Source of the DNA: Antedon mediterranea
Taxonomy: Eukaryota > Animalia > Echinodermata
Assembly: GCF_964355755.1 (NCBI RefSeq)
Contig: NC_092672.1
Coordinates: 23,821,237-23,885,236 of the forward strand
Reading direction: 5' to 3'
Length of the DNA: 64,000 bases
Positions 1 through 10,452 of the stretch are shown here, in pieces; position 1 is the stretch's first letter, and the number at the start of each line of letters is the position of its first letter. The notes under the pieces are model-generated. The model was not told where the DNA came from. It saw only the letters and a list, made by a program, of their open reading frames with translations, and did not search any database. Position numbers and translations under genes: made by a program.

Positions 1-13
1 TGAACAAGAATTA

Positions 14-1354
14 TTGGTCCATGTTAGCATGGTTGCTAAACATTGGCCTGCATCGGATGCGAGACTTCATGAAATTGTTCATGAAACTATTAAGGACAAA
101 ACATTAAATTTAATTTTGTCATATGTTGTTAATGGATGGCCGAAATGCGCAAAAGATGTAACGTCTGATGTTAAACCATACTGGGATGCTCGTGATCACA
201 TTAGTGTGATTGATGGTATTTTGACTTATGGTGAGCGTATAATTATTCCAACAGTTCTACGAGCTGAAATGCTTTTGAGAATTCACTCTGGACACTTTGG
301 AATTACTAAATGTCGACTTCGAGCTAAGGAAGCCGTTTGGTGGCCGTCTATTGGGGCACAAATTGCTGAATACGTGAGTAGATGCGAACATTGTACAACT
401 AAAAAACCTGCACAGAAAGCAGAGCCATTAATGCAATTTCCACTTCCAGATCGTCCATGGCAACGCATTGCATGTGATTTAGCGGAGGTGGCGGGTAAAC
501 AGTATCTGATTGTTGTGGATTGTTACTCCAAGTGGATCGAGATACATCTTTTGCATAAATTGACGTCTGTTGCTGTGATTAATTTTTTGAAGGATATCTT
601 TGCTAGGTTTGGGATACCAGAAACTGTTGTTACGGATAATGGTCCACAGTTTTTGGGTGAATTTCGCCAGTTTGCACAAAGCTATAATTTTCAGCATGTT
701 ACTACTAGTCCATACCATTCTCAAGCGAATGGACAAGCAGAGAAGGCTGTGCATATAGCTAAAAACATTATTAATCAATCTGATTACCTTTCAGCTTTAA
801 TGGTTTATCGATCTACAGCAATACCTAGCCTTGGATTGAGCCCAGCGGTGTTGCTAATGGGAAGAGAGATTCGTACATCTCTACCTCAATTGCCTGTAAA
901 ACTTAAGCCACATACACCAAATTGGAATGATATTCATGCTGCGGATAAAGTGCATAAGCAGAAAGCAAAAGTGTACTACAACTCCAGACATGGTGTGGGA
1001 ACATTGAAAGAACTTAAGCCAGGGGATAAAGTTAAAATCAGAGCAAAGCATGGATGGGGTTCGACTGGACGAATTATTTCCAAGAAAGCACCTCGTTCTT
1101 ATATTGTGGAGGTAAATGGAAGGACTTATGTTCGTAATCGTCGTCATATATTGTATGCCTCACATTCCATATTGAACTCAGAAGATGATTTTGCTGACTT
1201 TGATATTACGATGTCTGATACTAATACAGTACAATCAAATGAACAGAATGTATTGCCTATTGTAACTTCACAAGAAGTACCTCAGCCTGTACGACGGTCT
1301 TCTAGACAAAAGACTGTACCGGTCTGGCATTCAGATTATGATATGAACTTTTAG
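14..1354 (+). CDS. Gypsy Pol C-terminus: integrase (ORF continues upstream of window)
   Basis: HHCC zinc finger (HSGHFG...CEHC), catalytic core (IACDL...VTDNGPQF...ANGQAEKAV) and C-terminal PRSYIV..RNRRH motif typical of Gypsy integrases. Confidence 0.93.
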   Translation: MVHVSMVAKHWPASDARLHEIVHETIKDKTLNLILSYVVNGWPKCAKDVTSDVKPYWDARDHISVIDGILTYGERIIIPTVLRAEMLLRIHSGHFGITKCRLRAKEAVWWPSIGAQIAEYVSRCEHCTTKKPAQKAEPLMQFPLPDRPWQRIACDLAEVAGKQYLIVVDCYSKWIEIHLLHKLTSVAVINFLKDIFARFGIPETVVTDNGPQFLGEFRQFAQSYNFQHVTTSPYHSQANGQAEKAVHIAKNIINQSDYLSALMVYRSTAIPSLGLSPAVLLMGREIRTSLPQLPVKLKPHTPNWNDIHAADKVHKQKAKVYYNSRHGVGTLKELKPGDKVKIRAKHGWGSTGRIISKKAPRSYIVEVNGRTYVRNRRHILYASHSILNSEDDFADFDITMSDTNTVQSNEQNVLPIVTSQEVPQPVRRSSRQKTVPVWHSDYDMNF

Positions 1355-1469
1355 AAGTTTTTTAAAATTTGATATGTACTGGCTTTTGTATGAATATATA
1401 ATGTTTATTATGATAATTATTTTATGCCATGATGTTAATGTTGGTATTCATTTTTCCTGAAAGGGGGGA

Positions 1470-1690
1470 TGTTGTATTATGGTATAGCGCCCTCTAGAAT
1501 GATGAGCATTCTTGAATATTATTGTACAGCTGCAGTGTAGCATAAAGGGAACAGCACGGGAGTGTTGTGGGGGTTACAATAGTTAGATACAATAGTGATA
1601 AACAATAGTGAGTGAATAAAGACGGTTACACACCAAGCTGGTTTAAGTGTTCTTTTATTACTGTGTACTTTGTAATGACTGGATACTACA
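1470..1690 (+). repeat. 3' LTR (221 bp)
   Basis: TG...CA termini with imperfect 8-bp inverted ends, directly after the PPT. Confidence 0.8.
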
Positions 1691-2850
1691 GATATGTTGA
1701 AGGAACAGACAATAAACTATTGGACAAAGCTACCTCGATTGCACAAAACAGTCAACTGGTCAACAGTCAGTATTTTTACAAATTTAAAAAACAAAGCTTG
1801 TGCGTGGATAAAGCAAAAGAACGATTCACGTGACGAGTAAAGGATCCTTTTCTTTACGACGTACTAGACGGAGTAGCACGACGCATCATTGGCGGTTACA
1901 GCCATGCAACCAGTGCTTGGCAATCTATTGCTCCAACCAAATTGAACAGGTTCGTACAATTTGAAAACGCAGATCTCGTCCTTCGCCATATATCATAGAA
2001 GCGTCTATACAAAGTGGATTTTCAAAAACATTTTCATCACGTCTGCATGTCTCGTGTAGTTTATGATGCGACAAGATAATAATTGGTTTTCTTGGTTATT
2101 AGAACCGATTGTGACGCATGGAAACAACAAAACTGTTGAAACAACTCTTTCACTACTGTACCTTTGCGAAATGTGAATCGGAATTGGATCCGTGTACGTT
2201 GACGGTGTATGGCCGTTTTCTATCATATCACGACGCATGCATCAGAGAAAAAATAGACGTGCATTAATCATTGAAGACGGTACTCAAAATGTGACGTGTT
2301 GTGATGAATGCGATCGATGGGGGGATGGTATGATTTATTTTTGCAAAGGTTAGATCAACGTGTTGGTATAATGTGGTTCGGTTAAATCGTGGTACAGTAC
2401 ATGCTTTACAGATCGTAGTACCAAAGTACTTAACACTTGTTGGACCGTTGGGTTTTATCTTATCCTATCTGTGATATCATTCGTAATCATAACGTCCTTA
2501 TTCATGAATATATGCCGATGATATACAGATCCAAATGTTAATGATGATCAAAATGCACTTAAACATTTGACTTCCTGTATATCCAAAATTAATGAATGGA
2601 TGATTAGTAGGCTAATATATGTTACAGTTAAATCAGGAGAAAACTGAGTTCTTTTGTTTTGCAAGTAATCGTGTCGCGCTACCAGATCTTGAATTAAAAT
2701 TAGATAACAATATTATTATTCGTCCTTCAAAATGTATTAAAAATTATAGGTGTGATGTTTGATAGCTCTTTGAATATGTCCTCTCAAGTAAATGCTTTAT
2801 GCAAGTCATTGAATTACCAACTCCGTAATTTGTCGTAAATATATTACTAA

Positions 2851-3047
2851 AGCTTGGTTTTCACTAGCGACGCAATCTACGCAACGTAAGAAAATGCCCT
2901 TCCAATCACTGTGTTTGCCCCCGCCTGCGTGAAATCAAACATACGATGTTTGCAGCACTATTGCGTCGTCGGTTCCCACTTATGATTACGCAATACAGCA
3001 CATTGCGTCGATACGTCTATGCGTTGCGTTCTAGTGGGAACCACGCT
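2851..3047. mobile_element. PIF/Harbinger-type MITE
   Basis: Imperfect TIRs AGCTTGGTTTTCACTAGCGACGCAA / TTGCGTTCTAGTGGGAACCACGCT, flanked by TAA on both sides (2848-2850, 3048-3050); removing it rejoins the LINE sequence. Confidence 0.85.
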
Positions 3048-3084
3048 TAAGGATGCATGCCAAAATCCTGTCCCGCCTTGACTA

Positions 3085-5135
3085 AATAAATCTCAAGACT
3101 ATTTGGTTACCAATACATTTATTGAGCAATATTATTGTAGCCAATGAACAAAAGGTATAACCATCACCTGAAGCTATGTAACCTTGTGGTGCGACGCAGT
3201 AGCGATACCTTCCCCATGGAGTGATGAAAGTTGTAAAGTGTTGATCTTCCTGCAGTATGGGAATGCTGTGGTAACCATTCCATGCGTCAAATACAGTTTT
3301 CTTTTTATTTGCAGGCACTAAGCGTGCTTGTTGAAACGGTGACTGTGTATGGTGGGTCTCTCGTGTAGCATGTGCATTCAATGACTGTAAATCAACTGTG
3401 CGTCTTGGCTTACCATTCTTCTTAGCGCATATGACCATACGATGACACCAAGTGACTGGTTCACCAACTGGAACAGGTTCAATAACCCCAAGTCGGACGT
3501 CTTGATCTATGCCAGCCTTAAACGCTTCTCGCCAGTGGAGAGGAACTGGGACTGGAGTGTGATGTGCCACAGGTTTGGCCTCGGGATCAATCATCAACTT
3601 CATAGGCTTAACCTTCATAAGAGGCAGTGGTTGGTGTTCGCAGACATTGAAGGTGCTTGATGCATAATACTCTAACAGAAAGTTTTCAAGCCTTTTTTTA
3701 TTCCCGTTTGTAGCCTCACAGGGCAGTTTGTTTGGCATAAGTGGTGGTGCTTTTCTGAGTGGACACTTGCACGTGATAGTCTCAAGTTTCTGGGCGGAGA
3801 GGGTTGTCGTCATCGGCACCGACCTAGGTGTTTCACCTATCATTGGGAAGGACTTGGAGACTATACCGAGTGCTATACATGCCTCACGACTAAGGAATAT
3901 TTTTTCTGAGCTTTCGGTGATATACGTAACTTGTCTAGTTGTGACAGTCTTACCAAGTTCGTCCACACCACTATATCGAAGGATGGCGGCACCAAGTATC
4001 GTGATTCCACCATTATTTGTAGCTTTCATTTTCATCGAGACTGGTAGGAGCTGAGTTACTTTCATCTGCAGTAGACGTAAAATATCAGTACCAGCTAAGC
4101 AACTTTGACAAAGGTGAAAGGTTATACCCCAGTGCTTGATAGTCCTCTGGTAAGGCTTGTACCATAAGTTTGGTGAATGGATGCGGTCCTGCTTTCTTTC
4201 GAATCCAAGTGTCATTCAAGTCATCAAATATGTGATGGTCAAGAGCAAGAGGCCGAGCAACGACCATATCTGCATGAAATGTTGTACACAACGCTGTGGT
4301 ACTGTTAGCATCACCTTTCCTTGACGAAGATCGACAAACTGATTCAATATGATGTTTAATGCCACATTTGGAGCAGGTTTTACCATAGGCAGGGCATACC
4401 TGCTTCCAATGTCATATCTTGGTTGCGCTCCCCAAGTAGGTCAAGCTGAATCTCCTGACCTCCCAGGCCACGTATCAAAACATCTTTCACCATCTCATCC
4501 GAATAATAGATATCGGTCTGGCAGTTCGTACACTTTACTGTGAATTTGCAAACAGACGACTGTCCACGAACAGCCAACTTTCTCATTCCAGCGAGGATGT
4601 CAGCTTCAGGCTTTGTAGTTAATACACCTGTGGTTGATCGCATCAGGTCCCTTCTTAGCTGACCATCGCAGCATTCCAGCAGCTGAACGTTTCTTTCCTT
4701 TCCAGTGATTTTGGTAGCTTCAGCGTACTCATTCCACCTTGACAGGAAGTAGTCCCACTCCTCGCTGGTGTCTGCTGATGATATCGATGGCCGTTTAACC
4801 CGTTCAACCTTAGTCTGGTTCGAAGCAGAGTGTGAGCTGGCATGTGCAGTGAGCAGTGCAGCAACTATGGCATCTCCCAGGTTATCCGGTGTGGTGTATA
4901 GAAATCCATCTATCGGGCAGGTCACGGCTGGCATCGTTGTTACTTCGTTTTGTTCATAAATAAATCTCAAGACTATTTGGTTACCAATACATTTATTGAG
5001 CAATACTATTGTAGCCAATGAACAAAAGGTGAAGAGACTTTAAATTCAAAAGATATGCCTATATCAATATACACTACATACGCTAGTACATAGGTGTCAT
5101 AATGGCAATTAATTAATATGCATAGGTTATTCTCT
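3085..5135 (-). mobile_element. Truncated Gypsy (Mag-like) gag-pro-RT fragment
   Basis: Gag-like segment (KVERVKRPSIS..EEWDYFLSRWNEY, CCHC-like remnant near 4330-4380), degenerate protease region, RT motifs (PVTWCHRMV, RRTVDL, VFDAWNGYHSIP, TTFITPWGRYRY, APQGYIASGDGY); truncated before the YxDD motif; several frameshifts. Confidence 0.88.
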
Positions 5136-6206
5136 ATTGACTATGCTAACTCGCTCTTGCTTGGTACTCACGCCCGTGCCCGCGAAGTTGATCTTAAACG
5201 ATTACAGCGATTGCAGAAACAAGGCTGTGTTTGCGTGTGGACAGTATCAGCCTTCGGATGGTTTATATTGAAATATCTCGATTGGCTTCGTATAAAAAAT
5301 AGAATTGTGTACAAAATTATTGTTTTTGTTCATAAATGTATTTACTCTGTTTCCTTTATACCTTTTTTTATTTAACCGTGATCCGCTCTCATTTAATTTC
5401 GACTTCTCTCCTCTAATTGATCCCACCCGACTTTTCGTTGCACGATCTAATCGGAAAGCTGGGGACAATACTTTTTCTGTCACCTCTCCGCGGATCTGGA
5501 ACGTAACGCGCTTCCTGTCGATTTAAAAGGAGCGAATTCGGCAACTCTATTTAAACATCAAAAACTTTTCTTTAATTAATAATAGGCGTACTAGTGTTGT
5601 TAGGCGCTCTGTTCATTGTAGAGGGCGCCTATACGAACTTATAGAATAGAATATAAATAAATATTCTTTAGAAACGTGTAGCTTAAACAGATCTGATATC
5701 AATGATCAGTGGCCTCTTGTACCTGACAATGATGGATGCAGCCTGTTTGGTTCTCATTGCTTTTTCTCAGTGGGTGAAAACGTATAGGAAGGTGCGTTCC
5801 CACTCTGTTTGGTTATCCAGAAACAATTCCCGTATCGGATGAGTGCTTTCAACGATGTAATGTAGACGCGGCAGTATGTGAGCCTATGTCGGTAGAAATC
5901 TTGTCGTTTTCGACATGATTTGATTATCGTATACAGATGTGTGCCTGTTATCGTATGTTTGTGATACATCGTATTCTTATTTTGTTTTCTAAATAAAATT
6001 TTCTAGCCAAAAAAGAAAAAAAAATTGTCGTATGCAGATGTGTGTCTCTTATCGTATATTTACAATGTTTTAATATTTCTGTAATAACAAACTAAAAATC
6101 GTATTTTAATTTTTTAAATTATTTGTTATCTTTTTTTGATTTCTTACAAAGATAGGGATGATGTTAACTTGAAATTCATGAAAGCGCCTTGATTGATGCA
6201 AGCATG

Positions 6207-7366
6207 TATGGAACGCCTCCTCTGCCTTCAGTTCACATTTATCATGCAGTACACACCAATCGTCATGCAGTACACACCAATGGTCATGCAGTACACACCA
6301 ATCGTCATGCAGTACACACCAATCGTCATGCAGTACACACCAAACATCATGCAGTACACACCAATCGTCATGCAGTACACACCAATGGTCATGCAGTACA
6401 CACCAATCGTCATGCAGTACACACCAATGGTCATGCAGTACACACCAATTGTCATGCAGTACACACCAATCGTCGTTCACATTTATCATGCAGTACACAC
6501 CAATCGTCATGCAGTACACACCAATCGTCATGCAGTACACACCAAACATCATGCAGTACACACCAATTGTCATGCAGTACACACCAATCGTCATGCAGTA
6601 CACACCAATCGTCATGCAGTCAAATATTGCGTAATTTATACCGCCACCTATCGACAAAATCGAATATCACGTGAGGTTTATTAGACGGCTGTAAAACTAA
6701 GACTATTTAAACTTCTTTTATGGAATTCAATAATTGCAATGGCCTCCTAGCCGCGCCCGTGTCTCGCATAATAAATTATTGTATATATAAAAAACAGAGC
6801 ATTCACAGAGATGTGTAGCGGTTAAAATAAGTACAGTATGTCAAACATAAAAGAAATCTTAGAGTCGATGGCCTAGTTTTACAGCCGTCTAATAAACGTC
6901 ACGTGATATTCGATTTTGTCGATAGGTGGCGGTATAAATTACGCAATATTTCACTGCATGACGATTGGTGTGTACTGCATGACGATTGGTGTGTACTGCA
7001 TGACAATTGGTGTGTACTGCATGACCATTGGTGTGTACTGCATGATGTTTGGTGTGTACTGCATGACGATTGGTGTGTACTGCATGATGTTTGGTGTGTA
7101 CTGCATGACGATTGGTGTGTACTGCATGACCATTGGTGTGTACTGCATGACGATTGGTGTGTACTGCATGACCATTGGTGTGTACTGCATGATAAATGTG
7201 AACGACGATTGGTGTGTACTGCATGACCATTGGTGTGTACTGCATGACCATTGGTGTGTACTGCATGACCATTGGTGTGTACTGCATGACCATTGGTGTG
7301 TACTGCATGACGATTGGTGTGTACTGCATGACCATTGTGAACTGAAGGCAGAGGAGGCGTTCCATA
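6207..7366. mobile_element. Non-autonomous foldback DNA transposon, IS3EU-like (~500-bp TIRs containing a 21-bp minisatellite)
   Basis: Termini TATGGAACGCCTCC / GGAGGCGTTCCATA; exact 6-bp TSD AGCATG (6201-6206, 7367-7372); arms ~6207-6706 and ~6868-7366 around a ~160-bp spacer. TAY..RTA ends with a 6-bp TSD match the IS3EU superfamily definition. Confidence 0.85.
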
Positions 7367-8992
7367 AGCATGCAAATGTATTAGACATCGGTCATAATAA
7401 TATTATTGACAATGGTGCATGCAATACTGTTCTTGATAATGAAACAAACATTAAATTAACATAGCTAAACTATTAACACATCTATGGTCTTTCTCGTTAT
7501 GCCTGGGGAAGCGATATGGAAACGGTAGTAAAACAGTGTTAGAACATTGCTCCCAAACAGGAATAATGTTGCTAAGATACGAAAAGGAAAAGCAGAAAAC
7601 TCAAAGCAAAGAATACTTTGAAGAGATTTGAAAAAGAGTTGTGTTGACCAGAGGCTATGAATTGCATAGAGCCAGGCACTCATCGTTTTACAAATATTTA
7701 TCGTATACATCTGTATACGATAATCAAATCAATGGCACGTTGTTCCCAGAGCAGATTTACGGATTTCGAAAAGTATTGAGTTTCATGCATCAAATTATAG
7801 CACAGCCAGAAGATTAGTTGAGAAAACCGATATTGAAACTGAAAAGGACCACTTGGCAGTGCATCAAGAGCGTAGACTTTAAGGTTGATTTTGGCGAATT
7901 TATAGAAAACGCAAACATCGACGTCTTAACCATGTATCATAACGTACTGGGTGGTATTAAACGTGAAATGAATAGAAAAGACAGTTTCCTACCAAACACT
8001 CTGTTCGATGTCATAGAGAACATTAATGTGCCACAGGGACTCTTGTGTCTTCCAAGGTCTTTTATAGCAGCCACACAGATGGCTATGCAAAAGGAATATA
8101 AATCTACCATGAAGAAATTACATCCCCACGTGACACCGGAGCTCATACAAGAATAGGCCTATGCTACATTCACTCCATCGGACATTCTGAACGACATACG
8201 CATTTCTGAAAGGTTCTGTCTAAAGACAGCCATTCTTTTCTTGTTATTCGGCCGACTTTGACATTCGATAGAACGTGAAAATCCCTTTATATGCTGGGAT
8301 GAGGAACATAACCGACTTGAGGAGGAGCCAGCGTTTTCCGGGTTTTTTTAAAATTTGTACTTCAGCATTGTTGAAACATAGCTTGCGTGCTTTCTCACAT
8401 ATATAAGAAACATATACCTAATAATAGTTTTTTATAATTTTTGTTTCATTAATGGCTTTCAAAATCATCATAATGACAGAAGATGAATGTCGATAGTATT
8501 CGACAGAACAGAGTCTTTTTCAATGTACTAAGCAATGTGGGATGGTAAAGAGTTGGAACAGATTTCAAGAGTTTCGTCCCGACGATTAAGATCGTGTAAT
8601 GAGAGTATCCAAGTACCAGTTTCGATTCATGAAGCCTAACGGATTTTCATGTTTGCCAAGAGTGATGGTAGACTGGTATTTGCCTTCAAGGACGTCACCA
8701 TGTACGTTGTAACTTTACAGACGACTTTGAAGAGCACTTTACAAACAGGTGAAATGATGGATACACCAAGACAATTGAAGTTAAGTCAACGCTTTTGCTA
8801 AACACCTTTTATCGTGCCAGGGAGTGATTTACGGCAGCGAAATCTGTCAGCCGATGTTGTTTAGACAGTATGTAGCCGAACGTTCATCTATAAAATTGAC
8901 CATGAAACGGCAAAAGATGATCGCTCACGTAAACTGCATGCAAATATTTGCTTGGAGAATGCTACCAAACCGAGTCGTTGAAGGCTGTCAGG

Positions 8993-9436
8993 ATGCATGT
9001 GTTCTCTTGGTAAAACGCAATCTGCAAAATGTATCATGATGCTTCATAAAGAAGATAGCGTTATTCCATCCATAATATGTACACGTTACCTACATCTTTA
9101 ATAAGTCGTTTGTTATACGCAGTTCATTGTTGCTATTATTATTATTCATAGAGAGCACTCCCGGATGCGATCGCCTCCCGGATCACTTCATTATTTACAC
9201 AGTTCATTGTTGCTATATTATTATTCATAGAGAAATTATGTCTGTAGTTGAATTTAAACAGAATGCATGTGTTCTCTTGGTAAAACGCAATCTGCAAAAT
9301 GTATCATTATGCTTCACAAAGAAGATAGCGTTATTCCATCCATAATCCGTACACGTTACCTACATCTTTAATAAGTCGTTTGTTATACACAGTTCATTGT
9401 TGCTATATTATTATTCATAGAGAGCACTCCCGGATC
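8993..9436. repeat. Local direct duplication (~170 bp, plus a partial third copy)
   Basis: ATGCATGTGTTCTCTTGGTAAAACGCAATCTGCAAAATG... at ~8993 and ~9263; ACAGTTCATTGTTGCTAT also at ~9199. Confidence 0.8.
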
Positions 9437-10347
9437 ACGTCATTATTTCTTAGAGTATATTTTGAAACAATTTTAAATAATACAATGTTTAACCAGGTTT
9501 TATATTTTTTCTATATATTTGGTAATAATGAAAATAATGTATTTGTTATGTATATTGGAAAAAATATATAAAAAGAAATATGATTTACAATATTATTTAA
9601 ATTATTTGTACTGTATATAATTTGACACACGCACATACAAAGACGCAGACAACTGATGTGTAAACTTTTACTTTGATTAGAAGAATTAAATATTGGATTT
9701 GATATAATTTAATAATTCTAATTTTTGTTAATTATAATCACAGACAAAATGAGATTTTAGGCTATAGTAATCATTCATAATACCATAAGCATTAATCTAC
9801 AAGCACATTTGTCATAAATGTAGGCCATACAACATTGGAATGTCGGTCCTTGACTCGCTACGGATTACCGTAGGTTAGAGCCTGTTTATACGTATGGGCG
9901 TAAGCCATGATGTGGTACGCATTGCGTAGCCTACGCCTTGCGTGTGAAGGCACTTACTACGCCACGTTCGTGGCGTTAGATAACGAGCCTAACGCTGTGT
10001 CGTTTGTTCCACAGTCCATTGTTTCTTGATAATTTATTTATTCAGAGCACACCGGAACACATTTTTTAAATAATATATTTCTAAACATTTTAATATAATA
10101 AAATTTTTAATAACCATATATATTTTTTATATTTTGTAATGACCAATTGATGATTATTTAATTTGTAGGCCTATATTGGACAAAATAAAAAAAATATATA
10201 TTTGACATATTATTATTTGATATAATTTAACGTACGCACATAAAGAGACGCAGACAACTAAACTTTACTTTGATTAGAAGTAATAATTGTTTATTTGATT
10301 TGATATAATAATTCTAATATTTGCTACGTCTACTCTAAGACCCGTAA

Positions 10348-10452
10348 GGTCCGTATTAATGACTGGACTATCTCTGGATTTAGTCTGGACAATCTTTATT
10401 CCTGGACTAAACCAGTATTAAAATCGGCAAAAGATAGTCATGAATACGGGCC
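10348..10452. mobile_element. Short degenerate Harbinger-type MITE
   Basis: GGTCCGTATTAATGACT ... AGTCATGAATACGGGCC inverted ends, preceded by TAA. Confidence 0.5.

Larger units (their letters stand above)
1..1690 (+). mobile_element. 3' end of a Ty3/Gypsy LTR retrotransposon (integrase, PPT, 3' LTR)
   Basis: Integrase ORF followed by a polypurine tract (AAAGGGGGGA, 1460-1469), then an LTR-like segment 1470-1690 bounded by TGTTGTAT...ATACTACA with AATAAA at 1615-1620. Confidence 0.9.
2505..5663 (+). mobile_element. Decayed 3' part of an L2/CR1-group LINE, interrupted by two insertions
   Basis: Translates with stops/frameshifts as YADDIQ..CISKINEWM..LQLNQEKTEF..MFDSSLNMSSQVNALCKSLNYQLRNL..[MITE]..DAC..ILSRLD..[Gypsy insert]..DYANSLLLG..LKRLQRLQ..LDWL..KNRIVYKI..GDNTFSVTSPRIWN; simple A/T-rich tail at ~5640-5663. 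Confidence 0.8.

Noticed and set aside
283-1147. Short ORFs antisense to the integrase (likewise those opposite the LINE and transposase genes)
   Set aside because: They are shadow ORFs of real coding sequence with no recognisable motifs.
6106-7464. Many overlapping repetitive ORFs (MQYTPIV, HAVHTNR, CMTIGVY)
   Set aside because: They arise from a 21-bp stop-free repeat that is open in nearly all frames inside transposon TIRs.
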